Assembly: GCA_963822945.1 (NCBI GenBank)
Contig: CAWGJO010000036.1
Coordinates: 1-64,000 of the forward strand
DNA: 64,000 bases
Reading direction: 5' to 3'
DNA from: an uncultured Gemmatimonadaceae bacterium
GTDB taxonomy: Bacteria > Gemmatimonadota > Gemmatimonadetes > Gemmatimonadales > Gemmatimonadaceae
The translations under genes and the position numbers were made by a program. Shown piece after piece: positions 27,259-38,280 of the stretch (its first letter is position 1; each line of letters starts with the position of its first letter). The notes beneath the pieces are model-generated. The model had not been told where the DNA came from. It did no database searches and saw only the letters and a program-made list of their open reading frames with translations.

Positions 27259-28697
27259 ACCGTCTCCACCTTGAGCGTGTTGGTGGACCCGGGGACGTCG
27301 AACGGAACGCCGGCGGTGACGACCACGCGGTCGCCGGCGCGCGCGAGCTGGCGCCGCTGAACCACGTCCAGGGCCACGCGCACCATGGCTTCGTAGGTGT
27401 TGCAGTGCGGCACGAGTTCGGGGATCACGCCCCAGACCAGCGCCAGTTGGCGGTAGGTGCGCGGGATGTCGGTGAGCACGAGGATCGGCACCGGCGGCCG
27501 CTGGGAGGCCACGATGCGGGCGCTGAACCCGCTCTTGGTGAACACGATGAGCACCGGCGCGTGCAGCATGTTCACGGCCGCCGCACTGGCCGCGGCGATG
27601 GCGAATTCGTTGGACACGGTACCTTCCAACTCGCGCCACGCCTCGCGGGGCTGGGCCCCGCGCCGGCGTTCGATCTCGCGGATGATGCGGGCCATCGCCT
27701 CCACGGCCAACCGCGGATATTCGCCGGCCGCGGTCTCGGCGGAGAGCATGACGGCGTCGGTGCCGTCGAGAATGGCATTGGCCACGTCACTCGCCTCGGC
27801 GCGCGTGGGCCGCGGGTGCGTGATCATCGACTCCAGCATCTGCGTGGCGGTGATCACCGGCCGGCCGAGCTTGTTGGCGATGGCGATGATCCGCTTCTGC
27901 GCGAACGGCACTTCCTCGAAGGGCAGTTCCACGCCGAGGTCGCCGCGGGCCACCATCACCCCGTCCGACTCGCGGACGATGCTCTCGATGTTCTCGAGCG
28001 CCGAGTCCTTCTCGATCTTCGCCACGACGAGCATCTCGCGGGGGATCAGCTTCCGCAGCGCGCCCACGTCCTCCGCGCGCCGCACGAAACTCAGGGCGAG
28101 GTACTCGAGCCCCTGCTCCACCGCGAACATGACGTCCTCGCGGTCCTTCTCCGTGATCGACGGCGCCGACACCTGCACGCCGGGCAGATTCATGCCCTTA
28201 TGGCTCTTGAGCATGCCGCCGTGAAGCACACGTGCCTGCACCTTGGTGCCGCGCACGTCCATCACCACCAGGTCCAGCAAGCCATCGTCGATGAGAATGC
28301 GGTCGCCGTCGGTGACATCGGCCGCCAGCGCGTCGTACGTCACCGGGATGTCGCCGCCGTGGGCATCGGCCTCGGGAGCGAGCACGATCTCCGCGCCCTC
28401 GGCCAACTCGAACGGCTGGGACAACTCCCCGATGCGGATGCGCGGCCCCTGCAAGTCGCCGAGAATGGCGATGGGGCGATGCATCGCGTCGGCCACGGCG
28501 CGGACCCGGGCGATGGTTTCGACATGCTGTTCGTGCGTGCCGTGCGAGAAGTTGATGCGGGCGACGTTCATGCCCGCTTCGAGCAGCCCGCGGACGGCGG
28601 CTTCGGTGGCCGTGGCGGGGCCGAGGGTGCACACGATCTTGGTACTGCTGAACGAGGCCGGGCGCGTCTGTGCGTTGTTGGACGTAGGCGTTGTCAC
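27255..28697 (-). CDS. pyk: Pyruvate kinase
   Basis: TKIVCTLGPA, RINFSHG, DLQGPRIR, MVARGDLGVE and ATQMLESM motifs. Confidence 0.97.
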   Translation of the reverse strand: MTTPTSNNAQTRPASFSSTKIVCTLGPATATEAAVRGLLEAGMNVARINFSHGTHEQHVETIARVRAVADAMHRPIAILGDLQGPRIRIGELSQPFELAEGAEIVLAPEADAHGGDIPVTYDALAADVTDGDRILIDDGLLDLVVMDVRGTKVQARVLHGGMLKSHKGMNLPGVQVSAPSITEKDREDVMFAVEQGLEYLALSFVRRAEDVGALRKLIPREMLVVAKIEKDSALENIESIVRESDGVMVARGDLGVELPFEEVPFAQKRIIAIANKLGRPVITATQMLESMITHPRPTRAEASDVANAILDGTDAVMLSAETAAGEYPRLAVEAMARIIREIERRRGAQPREAWRELEGTVSNEFAIAAASAAAVNMLHAPVLIVFTKSGFSARIVASQRPPVPILVLTDIPRTYRQLALVWGVIPELVPHCNTYEAMVRVALDVVQRRQLARAGDRVVVTAGVPFDVPGSTNTLKVETV

Positions 28698-28710
28698 GTG
28701 TCGGTGCGCC

Positions 28711-29850
28711 TCAACCGGCAACGAGTTGGCGCCCCAACTGCTGCGACTTCTTCGCGAGGCCGGCGATGAGGGAGTTGAACGACTTCTGGAAGCTTGCGAG
28801 CCCATCGACGAGCAGCTTCTCGGTGACCTGCTCCATGGAGACACCGGCCTTCTCGACGGCCGCAATCTCGGCGCGGGCCCGATCGAGCTCGGCATCCACG
28901 GTGCGCTTCACGTTGCCGTGGTCGCGGAACGCCTCGATGGTGTTGGGCGGCATGGTGTTCACCGTGTCGGGGCCGATGAGTTCCTCCACGTAGAGCACGT
29001 CGCGATAGGCGGGATTCTTGGTGCTGGTGCTTGCCCACAGCGGACGCTGCAGCCGCCCGCCCTTGGCGTGCAGGGCGCTCCACCGATCGGAATTGAAGCG
29101 TTGCTGGAAGAGTGCGTAGGCGAGCTTGGCATTCGCCACGGCCGCGCGCCCGTGCAGGGCGCCCGACTCGCTGCCCGCCTTGCCGGATTGCTGCGCGAGG
29201 GCGTCGAGCCGCTTGTCGACCTCGGTATCCACGCGGCTCACGAAGAAACTCGCCACCGAGGCGATGCCGTCGATGGGCTTGCCGGCGGCCAGCCGGTCTT
29301 CGAGGCCCGCCATGTACGCCTCGATCACCCGTGCGTGCGCCGAGATGGCGAACAGCAGCGTGATGTTGACGTTGATGCCTTCGGAGATCAGCTGTCGCAC
29401 GGCCTTCGCGCCCTCGACGGTCCCGGGCACCTTGATCATCACGTTGGGACGGTCGACGGTCTTCCACAGACGGCGCGCCTCGGCGATGGTGGCCGCCGAA
29501 TCGTTGGCGGCAGCGGGCGAGACCTCGATGGAGACGTAGCCGTCGCCGCCCTTGGTGTCGCGGTAGATGCCGGCGAAGGCATCGCACGCATCCCGGACGT
29601 CGGTGGTGGCGATCAATTCGAACAGCTGCCGTGCCGACAGATCGCCTTCGGCGCCGTTGATCTGCGCGTCGTACGCGCTGCCTTCGGCGAGGGCCTTCTC
29701 GAAGATCGTAGGGTTGGACGTCATCCCGGTCAGGACGTCGTCGGCGATGCGGCGCTCGAGGCCTCCGTCATGGAGCATGCCGCGTTCGATGAAGTCGAGC
29801 CAAATGGATTGGCCGGCGTCGTGGAGACGCTGCAGTCTATTCTCGGTCAT
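28711..29850 (-). CDS. tal: Transaldolase
   Basis: GQSIWLD, TSNPTIF, VSIEVSP, MIKVP, NVNITLLF and RPLWASTSTK motifs. Confidence 0.96.
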   Translation of the reverse strand: MTENRLQRLHDAGQSIWLDFIERGMLHDGGLERRIADDVLTGMTSNPTIFEKALAEGSAYDAQINGAEGDLSARQLFELIATTDVRDACDAFAGIYRDTKGGDGYVSIEVSPAAANDSAATIAEARRLWKTVDRPNVMIKVPGTVEGAKAVRQLISEGINVNITLLFAISAHARVIEAYMAGLEDRLAAGKPIDGIASVASFFVSRVDTEVDKRLDALAQQSGKAGSESGALHGRAAVANAKLAYALFQQRFNSDRWSALHAKGGRLQRPLWASTSTKNPAYRDVLYVEELIGPDTVNTMPPNTIEAFRDHGNVKRTVDAELDRARAEIAAVEKAGVSMEQVTEKLLVDGLASFQKSFNSLIAGLAKKSQQLGRQLVAG

Positions 29851-30001
29851 AGTGGTACTCTGCGCTGAGGATCGGGCCGTGCGACCGACGGCCACCTTTC
29901 TGAACATACCACGCACGGGGCGGGCCCGTCACCGGACCGTCCGGGCCGCGCGTGGATGTTGCGCGAGCGTGACGCGTCTTCGCGCCCGCCCGCGTGGTCC
30001 A

Positions 30002-31253
30002 TCACCGGCCGCCGACGTACTCCACTTTCCAGATGCGGCCGTGCTGATCGTCGGCAATGTATAGCGCGCCGTCCGGTCCCTCGGCGAGCCCAACGGGCCG
30101 GCCGCCGATCGCCGTGGGCTTGCCGTTCTCGAAGAACCCGGTCACAAAGTTTTCGTATGCTCCGCCCGCCGCATTCCCATCGAGCGGCTGGAAGACCACG
30201 CGATACCCCGCCTGCGGCTCGGGCGCGCGGTTCCACGATCCGTGGAACGCGATGAACACGCCCCGGCGGTACCGCGCCGGGAAGTTGCCGCCGTGGTAGA
30301 AGAGCAGCCCGTCGGGTGCCCAGTGCGCGGGGAAGGTCGCCACGGGGCCGAGCACCGACGCGCAACGTCCCTGCCGATCGTCGTGCCCGCCGTATTCCGG
30401 CGCCAGCAGCATCTGCTGCTTCGGCACGTCGTAGTAGCAGTAGGGCCAGCCGTAGTCCCCACCCTCCTTCACGTGGATGAGTTCCTCGGCGGGCGACTCG
30501 GCGCTCGCCTTGTCCGAGTACTCGGGCCAGAGGTTGAGCTGATCGCGCCCGTGCTGCATGACCCACAGCGAGTGGTCGGCCGGATTGAGGTCCATGCCCA
30601 CCGAATTGCGGATGCCGAAGGCATAGTGCTCGCCCATGGGCTGCGTCTGGTCGTGCTTGCGGGCGTCGAACTTCCAGATGCCACCGCGCGTCTCGCGCTC
30701 CACGCAGGGATCGATGCCCGGCACACCCTTCTGGCGGTCCTTCGACTGGCAGGCGTTGGTGGCGGTGCCGACGTTCACGTACATCACGCCATTGGGGGCG
30801 ATGACGAACGTCTTGAGGAAGTGATTGCCGCCGGGCGGGAGTCCCTTCACGACGGTGTCCGCCGCGCCCGAGGGCTCCAGACTGCCGGCGGCGAGCTTGT
30901 AGCGCACGATACCGGTGCCGTTCTCGGCGTACAGGTAGCCGTCGAACAGCCGCACCTCGCTGGAGCTGAATGCGCCCCACGCGTGCCGCACGTCGGCCAC
31001 CCCGTCGTGGTTGGTGTCGCGCAGGGCGACGATGCCGCGCTCGATGCCGGGACGGCCGCGCCATCGTGGCCACGAAGACGTCGCCGTTGGCCGCCACGGC
31101 GATGTGCCGCGCGCGCGGTACGCTGTCGGCGAACAGGGTGGCGCAGAAGCCGGACGGGAGGACGAGCCCGGTGTCGTGCGCGCACTGCTGGGCGCTCGCG
31201 GTGCCCGAGATCGCGGTGGCGAGGAGCGCGGCGGTGAGGAGCGAGGTTCGCAT
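30002..31253 (-). CDS. Secreted PQQ-dependent sugar/sorbosone dehydrogenase family protein, frameshift near 31060
   Basis: N-terminus is in ORF 29847..31253 (signal peptide, LPSGFCA). The rest is in ORF 30002..31339 (GIRNSVG, GWPYCY, HGSWNR, GRPVGLAEGPDGALYIADD). Confidence 0.85.
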
Positions 31254-31300
31254 GGGAGTCCTGGTGGAGCGTGGAGTGTATCTGTGGCGTTGGCGAGATG

Positions 31301-31333
31301 GTCAGACAGTCGGACAGTCAGACAGTCGGACAG
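31301..31333. repeat. Tandem 8-mer GTC(A/G)GACA x4
   Basis: gtcagaca gtcggaca gtcagaca gtcggaca; same unit as at 48059 and 48639. Confidence 0.9.
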
Positions 31334-31364
31334 CTGCAACTACGCGAACTGCGGAATCACGGAC

Positions 31365-32792
31365 CTACCGAGCCGCGGCCCGAGGCAGCCGTTCCGGCAT
31401 ATCGGCCAGCACGTACGCCATCACCGCCATCGTCGCGATGCAGCGCCGGAAGTCGTCGGGGTTGATCACCGTCATCATGTCGGCGTCGGTGTGGTGGTAC
31501 CAGAAATACGTCGAGTCGTCGACGTTGAGCGCGAAGCCGGGGACGCCGGTGCGAATGGTCGGCCCGACGTCGGCTTCGCCGTCGCCGAGTTCTACACTGC
31601 CCGCGCCGATTCGGTCGAGCAGCGAGCCGATCTGCTTGGCCATGGCGAGCCCCTCCGGCGTGCCCTGGAAGCGGAAGCCGTTCGGCTTGAACACGCCGTT
31701 GTCCGATTCCATGGCCGCGATGGTGTTCGGCAATTCGGCCAGATGCTGGTCGTGGTACGCGCGCCCGCCGCGGCCGCCGTTCTCTTCATTCACCCACATG
31801 ACCACGCGCAGCGTGCGCCGCGGCTTGAGTCCGAGCGCCTTGATCAGCCGCACGGCCTCCCAGGCGGCGAAGGCCCCGCCGGCGTCGTCCATGGCGCCCT
31901 CGCCCACGTCCCACGAATCGATGTGGCCGCCGAGCACGACCACCTCGTCGGGCTTCTCGGACCCGCGGAGTTCGGCGACGACGTTGCGCGACGGGGCGTC
32001 GGGCAGCATGCGGGCCTGCATCTTGAGCGTGACCTCGATGGGCTGCCCGCGATTCTGCATGCGGTGGAGCATCTCAGCGTCTTCCACGGTGAGCGCGGCA
32101 GACGGAATCCTGGGCACGCCGGGCTGGTAACGGAGCGCCCCGGTGTGCGGCGTCTGCTGCGAGTGGGGCGTCACCGATCGAATGAGCGCCGCCACCGCGC
32201 CCACCCTGGCCGCAGCCGAGGCGGCGCCACCGCGATAGGCGACGTTCTGTTCGTAGCCCTGCATGGGCGGCACGTCGGTGGGAAAGGGCGAGTCGAAGAG
32301 CACGATCTTGCCCTTGGCTTCGGCGGCGTGCGCCGTGAGATCGTCGAAACTGTTCACCACGAGCACCGGCGCCGTGATGCCCTCGGGCGGCGTGCCGACG
32401 CTGCCGCCGAGTCCGATCATGTGCAGCTTCCACTCGCGCGGTGAGACGAGCGTGGCGCTCTCGTCGCCGCGTACCCAGTGGGGCACCATGACCGGTTCGC
32501 CGTGCACGTTGGCCAGGCTGTCCTCGTCCATCCGGGCCAGCACCCAATTGATGGCGCGTTCCAGCCCCGGTGACCCGCTCAGACGACTTCCGTAGGTATC
32601 GGTCATCGTCGCCAGCCGGCTGTAGGCCATGGTGTCGGCCATGGCGGCCGCGATGATCCGGTCCGCGGCCGAGCGGTAGCGGCGCGCGAGCGGGGAGGCG
32701 GCCGCCTGGGCGAACGCCGAGGTCGCAACGCCGAGCAGGAGGGAAGCCGCCGCGAGGGTGGCGGCGATTCGGGAAGTCAGGGAGGGACGCAT
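31365..32792 (-). CDS. Secreted M28-family peptidase (carboxypeptidase Q-like, PA domain)
   Basis: GSRLSGS, GGHIDSWDVGEGAMDDAGG, EENG, ESDNG and YHHTDAD motifs. Confidence 0.92.
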   Translation of the reverse strand: MRPSLTSRIAATLAAASLLLGVATSAFAQAAASPLARRYRSAADRIIAAAMADTMAYSRLATMTDTYGSRLSGSPGLERAINWVLARMDEDSLANVHGEPVMVPHWVRGDESATLVSPREWKLHMIGLGGSVGTPPEGITAPVLVVNSFDDLTAHAAEAKGKIVLFDSPFPTDVPPMQGYEQNVAYRGGAASAAARVGAVAALIRSVTPHSQQTPHTGALRYQPGVPRIPSAALTVEDAEMLHRMQNRGQPIEVTLKMQARMLPDAPSRNVVAELRGSEKPDEVVVLGGHIDSWDVGEGAMDDAGGAFAAWEAVRLIKALGLKPRRTLRVVMWVNEENGGRGGRAYHDQHLAELPNTIAAMESDNGVFKPNGFRFQGTPEGLAMAKQIGSLLDRIGAGSVELGDGEADVGPTIRTGVPGFALNVDDSTYFWYHHTDADMMTVINPDDFRRCIATMAVMAYVLADMPERLPRAAAR

Positions 32793-33023
32793 CGAGCCTT
32801 CGGGGTGATGGGGTAGGAACTGGCGGGCAGTCCGGGCGCAGCAGTCGGGCGTGGACGGTCAACAGCCGGCAGTCGACAGGGGCCTGTCTGCTGCCGATGG
32901 GGAGCCACCCGCCGCCGGATCCGAAGGATCAACTTACCCGCCCCGGGGCCGCCATTCAAACCGTGGACAGCCGGCGGCTGTCTCAGCGTCGGTGCACTTC
33001 CCAACCCGACTCTGGAGACCGGC

Positions 33024-33839
33024 ATGAAGACCCTTCCCGTCCTTTCGGCGCTCGCCCTGAGCGCGGCCCTCGCCCTTCCCGCCGCGGTCCATGCGCAGCA
33101 GGACCGGGCCGACCGCTGGCTCGACAACTGCCGCCACAACGACTGGGGCGACCGCGGCCGATTCTGCGACGTGAAGCAGTTCACGATCAAGGACCCGGCG
33201 AGTTCGATTCGTGTGGATGCGGGCCCCAACGGCGGCGTGAGCGTCTTCGGCTGGGACAAGCCGACGATGCTGGTGGTGGCGAAGATCCAGGCCAACGGCG
33301 ACGATGACGCCGACGCGAAGGACGTCGCCAGCCGGATCAAGATCACCGCCGAGCCGTCTCACGTGGAGTCCGACGGTCCGTCCACGCACCGGCATCAGGG
33401 GTGGTCGGTGAGCTATGACGTGTACGTCCCCACGAAGACGGGTCTCGACGTGAGCACCCGAAACGGCGGGGTGAACGTGGAAAAGGTGAACGGGCGGCTC
33501 GACCTGGGCACTACGAACGGCGGCATTCATCTCACGGACGTGGCCGGCGACGTGCGCGCCGAGACGACCAATGGAGGCGTGAGCGCCAGCCTGAGCGGAA
33601 CCACCTGGAACGGGAATGGGCTCGACCTTCGCACCACCAACGGCTCGGTGACGCTGGAGATCCCGAAGGGCTACAACGCGCGGCTCGAGACGGGGACCAC
33701 GAACGGCGGATTCAGCATCGACTTCCCGATCACGGTGCAGGGATCGTTGGGGCGGCGCATCACGACCACGCTGGGCACGGGCGGCCCGATGATCCGGGCG
33801 ACGACGGTGAACGGTGGCGTGCGGATCAAGCAGCGCTGA
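33024..33839 (+). CDS. DUF4097 / adhesin-like beta-strand repeat protein
   Basis: Signal peptide and repeated TxNG(G/S) motifs. Confidence 0.85.
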   Translation: MKTLPVLSALALSAALALPAAVHAQQDRADRWLDNCRHNDWGDRGRFCDVKQFTIKDPASSIRVDAGPNGGVSVFGWDKPTMLVVAKIQANGDDDADAKDVASRIKITAEPSHVESDGPSTHRHQGWSVSYDVYVPTKTGLDVSTRNGGVNVEKVNGRLDLGTTNGGIHLTDVAGDVRAETTNGGVSASLSGTTWNGNGLDLRTTNGSVTLEIPKGYNARLETGTTNGGFSIDFPITVQGSLGRRITTTLGTGGPMIRATTVNGGVRIKQR

Positions 33840-33904
33840 ACGGACCCTCCCAAAAAGCAGGCGGTGAGACTCCAGCCGCCAGCCGTGAGCTGGCCGCAAC
33901 AACG

Positions 33905-34000
33905 CCAAAACAGATCCCGGCACCGCGCCGAGATCTGTCTTGGTATAGTCGCTGTTGACTGAAGGCTGTGAGCCGACAACTCAAAGCCTTCAGTTGCAGC
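33905..34000. repeat. Two adjacent hairpins between convergent genes
   Basis: CCAAAACAGATCCCGGC / GCCGAGATCTGTCTTGG and GACTGAAGGCT / AGCCTTCAGTT. Confidence 0.55.
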
Positions 34001-34018
34001 TCCCGCGTCTTCCAGTCC

Positions 34019-37000
34019 TCAGTTCTTCCCGAGAATCGCGTCCGCCTCCTTCAGCCGTGCATCCAGATCCTTCCGGAGCGTTGCGTACCGCGACACGGCA
34101 TCGTTGCTGATCTTCTGGTCGGCATCGTTGGTCATGCCATACAGGTACGTGATGTGCGTCTGCAGCTTCGGTTCGCTGTAGCGGATGCTCGACGTGATCA
34201 GCTGCTCGGCCAGGGCGTTGACCTTGGCCAGCGTGTCCGCCGCCGCGCCCGTCGCGCCGTGGAGCCGGCGCTGGGCCGCCTCCACCCGCGCTACGAGGTG
34301 ATTGACGTCGCTCACCAGCGTGCGCACACGCATGTTGTGATCGAACTGCGTGCGCAGGATCGCGGTGGTGATGCCGTCCTTCGTGATGCGCGGATCCTCG
34401 ACCACGGTGAGCGGCTGCGTGCTGGTGCTCGACCCGACGGTGAGCTTCACCGTGTAGCGGCCCGGCACGGCCATCGGGCCGTTGCCGCCGTCGGGGCGCG
34501 ACGCACTCTCCCAGGGACCGGGATAGCGCAGGTCCCAGGTGAAGCGATGCATGCCTACCGACTTGTCGAGGCGAGCCGGCGCTCCCCGTCCGCGGAAGCC
34601 GCCGCCTCGGCCACCGCGCCCGGCACGCCCTTCAGCCGGCGCCTCACTCGTGAAGCTCTTGACGACGTTGCCGGCCGCGTCGAGCACCGTGAGCGTGACG
34701 TCGCCCGCCGGCGCCTGGCCGAGGTAGTAGTCGATCTGCGCACCCGGCGCCGGATACTCCGGCCCCGCGCCGCGCCCGAACCCACCGAATCCGCCGCGCC
34801 CACCGTGCCGGATGGCCGTCTCGGGCTTGAACAGGTAGGCCGCCGACGCCGCGACCTTATCGCTCAGCTGATGCAGCGGCGACAGGTTGTCGAGCACCCA
34901 GAACGAACGCCCCTGGGTGGAGATCACGAGCGAGTTGTGAGCCACCTTGATGTCGGTGACGGGCGTGACGGGCAGATTCATCTGGAACGGCTGCCAGTGG
35001 CCGCCATCGTCGAACGAGACGTAGATCCCGAACTCGGTGCCGGCGTAGAGCAGGCCGGCGCGATCGGGATCCACGCGCACGACGCGCGTGGGCGTGTTGG
35101 CGGGGATGCCGTTGGTGCCGTCGGTGAGCCGCGTCCAGGTCTTGCCGAAATCCGTGGTGTGATAGATGTACGGCGCGAAATCGCCGAGCAGGTAGCGGTA
35201 GATGGCGACGTAGGCGCCGCCCGCATGGTGCGGATCGGGGTCGATGTTCTGGACGCGGCCGCCCGGCTCGAGCCCCGGCGGCGTGATCCGGGTCCAGGTC
35301 TTGCCGTCGTTGCGCGTTACGGCAACGATGCCGTCGTTGGAGCCCGTCCAGATGACGCCCTTCTGCACCGGCGACTCCCGGATCGCATAGAGCGTGCTGT
35401 AGACTTCCTCGCCCGTCGCGTCGCGCGTGATCGGGATGCCGCTCGCCTCCTGCGGCGCGCCCGGGGGATCCCACGTGAGGTCGGGACTGATGGTCTGCCA
35501 GTTGGCGCCCTCGTCGCGCGAGCGGTGCACGTACTGTGAGCCGTAGTAGACGGTGTTCTGATCGAAGGGCGAGACCTCCATGGGCGACACGCGCTGGAAG
35601 CGATAGATCAGCGTCGCCCCGCCGTTGCCATACAGCGACTGCCCGCCCACCCAGTACTGCTGCTCGTTGGCCGTCTTCAGATTCAGGCGGCTGAACTGTC
35701 CCTTGCACCCGCCGTAGACGGTGTCGGGACTCGCGATGTTCGGAATGATCGGGCCCGTTTCGCATCCGGGACCGCTGCGCCAGTCCTGTCCGTTGCCAAG
35801 CGGCAGGCTGGGCACGATGAGCGTGTTGTCGTCCTGCTGGGCGCCGTACACGCGATACGGGTACTGGCTGTCCACCGCCACCTGATAGATCTCGGCGGTA
35901 GGCTGGTTGAGCTGCGTGCTCCAGGTCTGGCCGCCGTCGGTGGACACGTTCGCGCCACCGTCGTTCGACTGGATCATGTAGTTGGAGTTGGTCGGGTTGA
36001 TCCAGATGTCGTGGTTGTCACCGTGCGGCGTGCGTTCGGTGCGGAACGTCTTGCCGCCATCGGTGCTCTTGTACCATCCCTCGTCGCCCACGTACACCAC
36101 GTCGGCGTTGCTCGGATCGACGCCGAGGGTGTTGTAGTAGAAGGGACGCGTCCAGAGGTTCTGCGCGCCGTTGACGAGATTCCACGTGGCACCGGCGTCT
36201 TCGGAGCGGTAGAGCCCACCGCCCGGCTTCGCCTCGATGAGCGCGTAGATCCGATTCGGCATCGCGTTCGAGATCGCGACGTTGGCCCGCCCGAACAGCT
36301 GATGCGGCAGCCCCCCGGCCAGCTTGATCCAGGTGGCGCCACCGTCGGTGCTCTTGTAGATGCCGCCCTCGTACGCGCCGCTGATGATCGTCCAGGGTTT
36401 CCGCTGCCCGTGCCACATGGTGGCGAACACCACGCTCGGGTTGCCGGGCTGCAGTTCCAGATCGGCGGCGCCGGTGCTGTCGGACACGTACAGCACCTTC
36501 TTCCAGGTGGCCCCGCCGTCGGTGGTCTTGAAGACCCCGCGATCGACGTTGGGTACGAAGGGGTTGCCGAGCGCGGCCACGTAGACGACGTCGGGGTTGG
36601 TCGGGTCGATGCGGATGGTCGAGATCTGCCCCACCTTCTCGAGCCCGATGAAGCGCCAGGTCCGCCCGGCATCGGTGGACTTGTAGATGCCCCGTCCGAT
36701 GGAGACGTTGCTGCGGATCTTCGACGACCCGGTGCCCGCGTAGACCACGTTGGGGTCGGAGCTGGCGACGTCCACCGCGCCCATCGACGCGACGGCGAAG
36801 TAGCCATCCGACACGTTGTTCCACGTGACACCGGCGTCCGTGGTCTTCCAGACGCCGCCGCCCGTAGAGCCCATGTAGAACGTGCGCGGCTGCGACGCCA
36901 CGCCGGTCACCGTGGTTACGCGGCCGCCCCGGAAGGGACCGATCAGCCGGTAGTGCATCCCCGACCAGAGCGTCGAGTCGTAGGTCGCGTGCTGAGCGCC

Positions 37001-37069
37001 CGCCGCCAGCGGCAGGGCCAGCAGCAACAGGGCGGCGCCGGCGGCGCCACGCAGGGTCTGTCTGCTCAT
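34019..37069 (-). CDS. Secreted BNR/VPS10 (sortilin-like) beta-propeller protein
   Basis: Signal peptide, IGPFRGGRV and many SxDxGxTW Asp-box repeats. Confidence 0.9.
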   Translation of the reverse strand: MSRQTLRGAAGAALLLLALPLAAGAQHATYDSTLWSGMHYRLIGPFRGGRVTTVTGVASQPRTFYMGSTGGGVWKTTDAGVTWNNVSDGYFAVASMGAVDVASSDPNVVYAGTGSSKIRSNVSIGRGIYKSTDAGRTWRFIGLEKVGQISTIRIDPTNPDVVYVAALGNPFVPNVDRGVFKTTDGGATWKKVLYVSDSTGAADLELQPGNPSVVFATMWHGQRKPWTIISGAYEGGIYKSTDGGATWIKLAGGLPHQLFGRANVAISNAMPNRIYALIEAKPGGGLYRSEDAGATWNLVNGAQNLWTRPFYYNTLGVDPSNADVVYVGDEGWYKSTDGGKTFRTERTPHGDNHDIWINPTNSNYMIQSNDGGANVSTDGGQTWSTQLNQPTAEIYQVAVDSQYPYRVYGAQQDDNTLIVPSLPLGNGQDWRSGPGCETGPIIPNIASPDTVYGGCKGQFSRLNLKTANEQQYWVGGQSLYGNGGATLIYRFQRVSPMEVSPFDQNTVYYGSQYVHRSRDEGANWQTISPDLTWDPPGAPQEASGIPITRDATGEEVYSTLYAIRESPVQKGVIWTGSNDGIVAVTRNDGKTWTRITPPGLEPGGRVQNIDPDPHHAGGAYVAIYRYLLGDFAPYIYHTTDFGKTWTRLTDGTNGIPANTPTRVVRVDPDRAGLLYAGTEFGIYVSFDDGGHWQPFQMNLPVTPVTDIKVAHNSLVISTQGRSFWVLDNLSPLHQLSDKVAASAAYLFKPETAIRHGGRGGFGGFGRGAGPEYPAPGAQIDYYLGQAPAGDVTLTVLDAAGNVVKSFTSEAPAEGRAGRGGRGGGFRGRGAPARLDKSVGMHRFTWDLRYPGPWESASRPDGGNGPMAVPGRYTVKLTVGSSTSTQPLTVVEDPRITKDGITTAILRTQFDHNMRVRTLVSDVNHLVARVEAAQRRLHGATGAAADTLAKVNALAEQLITSSIRYSEPKLQTHITYLYGMTNDADQKISNDAVSRYATLRKDLDARLKEADAILGKN

Positions 37070-37095
37070 CGTCACTCCTCGGTATCGATCGACGT

Positions 37096-38280
37096 TCACG
37101 GTTCGCGATCCCACGCTGCGAGGACCGCCTGCACCACGGAATCCACTTTGTCGCCGGCCACCGCGCCCTGGGCCATGCGCGGCGATCCGCCCCCGCGGCC
37201 GCCGGCGTCGGCGAGCGCCTGCTTCAACACACTGCCGGCCACGAGCCCGGAGTCTTCGGAAGTACCAACCATCACCTGGCCGGCCCCCGCCACGGCGCCC
37301 ACGAAGGCCGACTTGGGCAGTGCGCACACGGCGTGGGCCAGCCCGCGGATGTCGTCCAGCGTCCCGCCGGCCACCACTTCCACTACGCGCCGCACACCGC
37401 GAACGTCGGGCTCCGTGGCGTCGTACCGCTCGCGGGCGTGATACGCGTCCAGTTCCCTGGCCAGCTTGCGACGCGCCGACTCCGCCTGTTGCGCCGCTTC
37501 GAGACGGGCCGGCACGATGCCCGGCGCCTCGTCCACGCCGCACGACAGCGCGTTGGCGATCGTCGAGAGCGCCGCATAGTCGGCGCGGGCGCGGGCCACG
37601 GCGCGCAGCCCGCACACGAACTCGATGCGCGTGCCCTGCTTCACCTTCTCGGTGCGGCGCAGCAACATGCCGCCGATCTCGCCGGTGGCGCGCACATGTG
37701 TGCCGCCGCACGCGCTGCGGTCCACGTCGGCGATGGTCACCACGCGAATCTCCCCGGACCGATCGGACGGCTTCCGCAACCCGATGGCCGACGCCGCGTC
37801 CTCGAACGAGACGGTCACCACCCGGTTCTCGGCGATCACCCGGTTCGCGCGTTCCTCGGCGGCCTCCAGCTTCGCCGGCGGAGTGACGTCGGCACTCACG
37901 TCGAGCGTCGAGGTCCGGTCGCCGAAGTGCACGCTCACCGTCTTCCAGCCGAACAGATCCTCCAGCACGGCGCTGAGGAGATGCTGCCCCGTGTGCTGCT
38001 GCATGTGGTCGAACCGGCGTTCCCAGTCGACGTGGCCCTCCACGGCGCCCGCCGTCCGCGCCAGCGGCGCGTCCACCACGTGGGCGATGCGCGATTCCTC
38101 GTCGATCACGTCGACGATGCGGCGTCCGCCCAGCGTGCCGGTGTCGAACGGCTGTCCGCCCGACGTGGGATACAGCGCCGTTCGATCGAGGTAGACACGA
38201 CGCCCGCCGTCGGCGACTTCGACGATCGTAGCGGCGAAGTCGGTCAGGTAGGCATCATTGTAGTAGAGCCGCTCGGTCAT
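37096..38280 (-). CDS. Alanyl-tRNA editing protein (AlaX-L type, DHHA1)
   Basis: TERLYYND, YPTSGGQPFD, HMQQHTGQHLLS, CGGTHV and GRGGGSPRMAQG motifs. Confidence 0.92.
   Translation of the reverse strand: MTERLYYNDAYLTDFAATIVEVADGGRRVYLDRTALYPTSGGQPFDTGTLGGRRIVDVIDEESRIAHVVDAPLARTAGAVEGHVDWERRFDHMQQHTGQHLLSAVLEDLFGWKTVSVHFGDRTSTLDVSADVTPPAKLEAAEERANRVIAENRVVTVSFEDAASAIGLRKPSDRSGEIRVVTIADVDRSACGGTHVRATGEIGGMLLRRTEKVKQGTRIEFVCGLRAVARARADYAALSTIANALSCGVDEAPGIVPARLEAAQQAESARRKLARELDAYHARERYDATEPDVRGVRRVVEVVAGGTLDDIRGLAHAVCALPKSAFVGAVAGAGQVMVGTSEDSGLVAGSVLKQALADAGGRGGGSPRMAQGAVAGDKVDSVVQAVLAAWDREP

Noticed and set aside
34019..37711. 1230-aa version of the BNR protein and other N-terminally extended ORF calls (pyk, PhnP-like, rsbT, mglB)
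   Set aside because: The extensions overlap neighbouring genes or lack homologous features. Downstream starts with a signal peptide, RBS or conserved N-terminus fit better.
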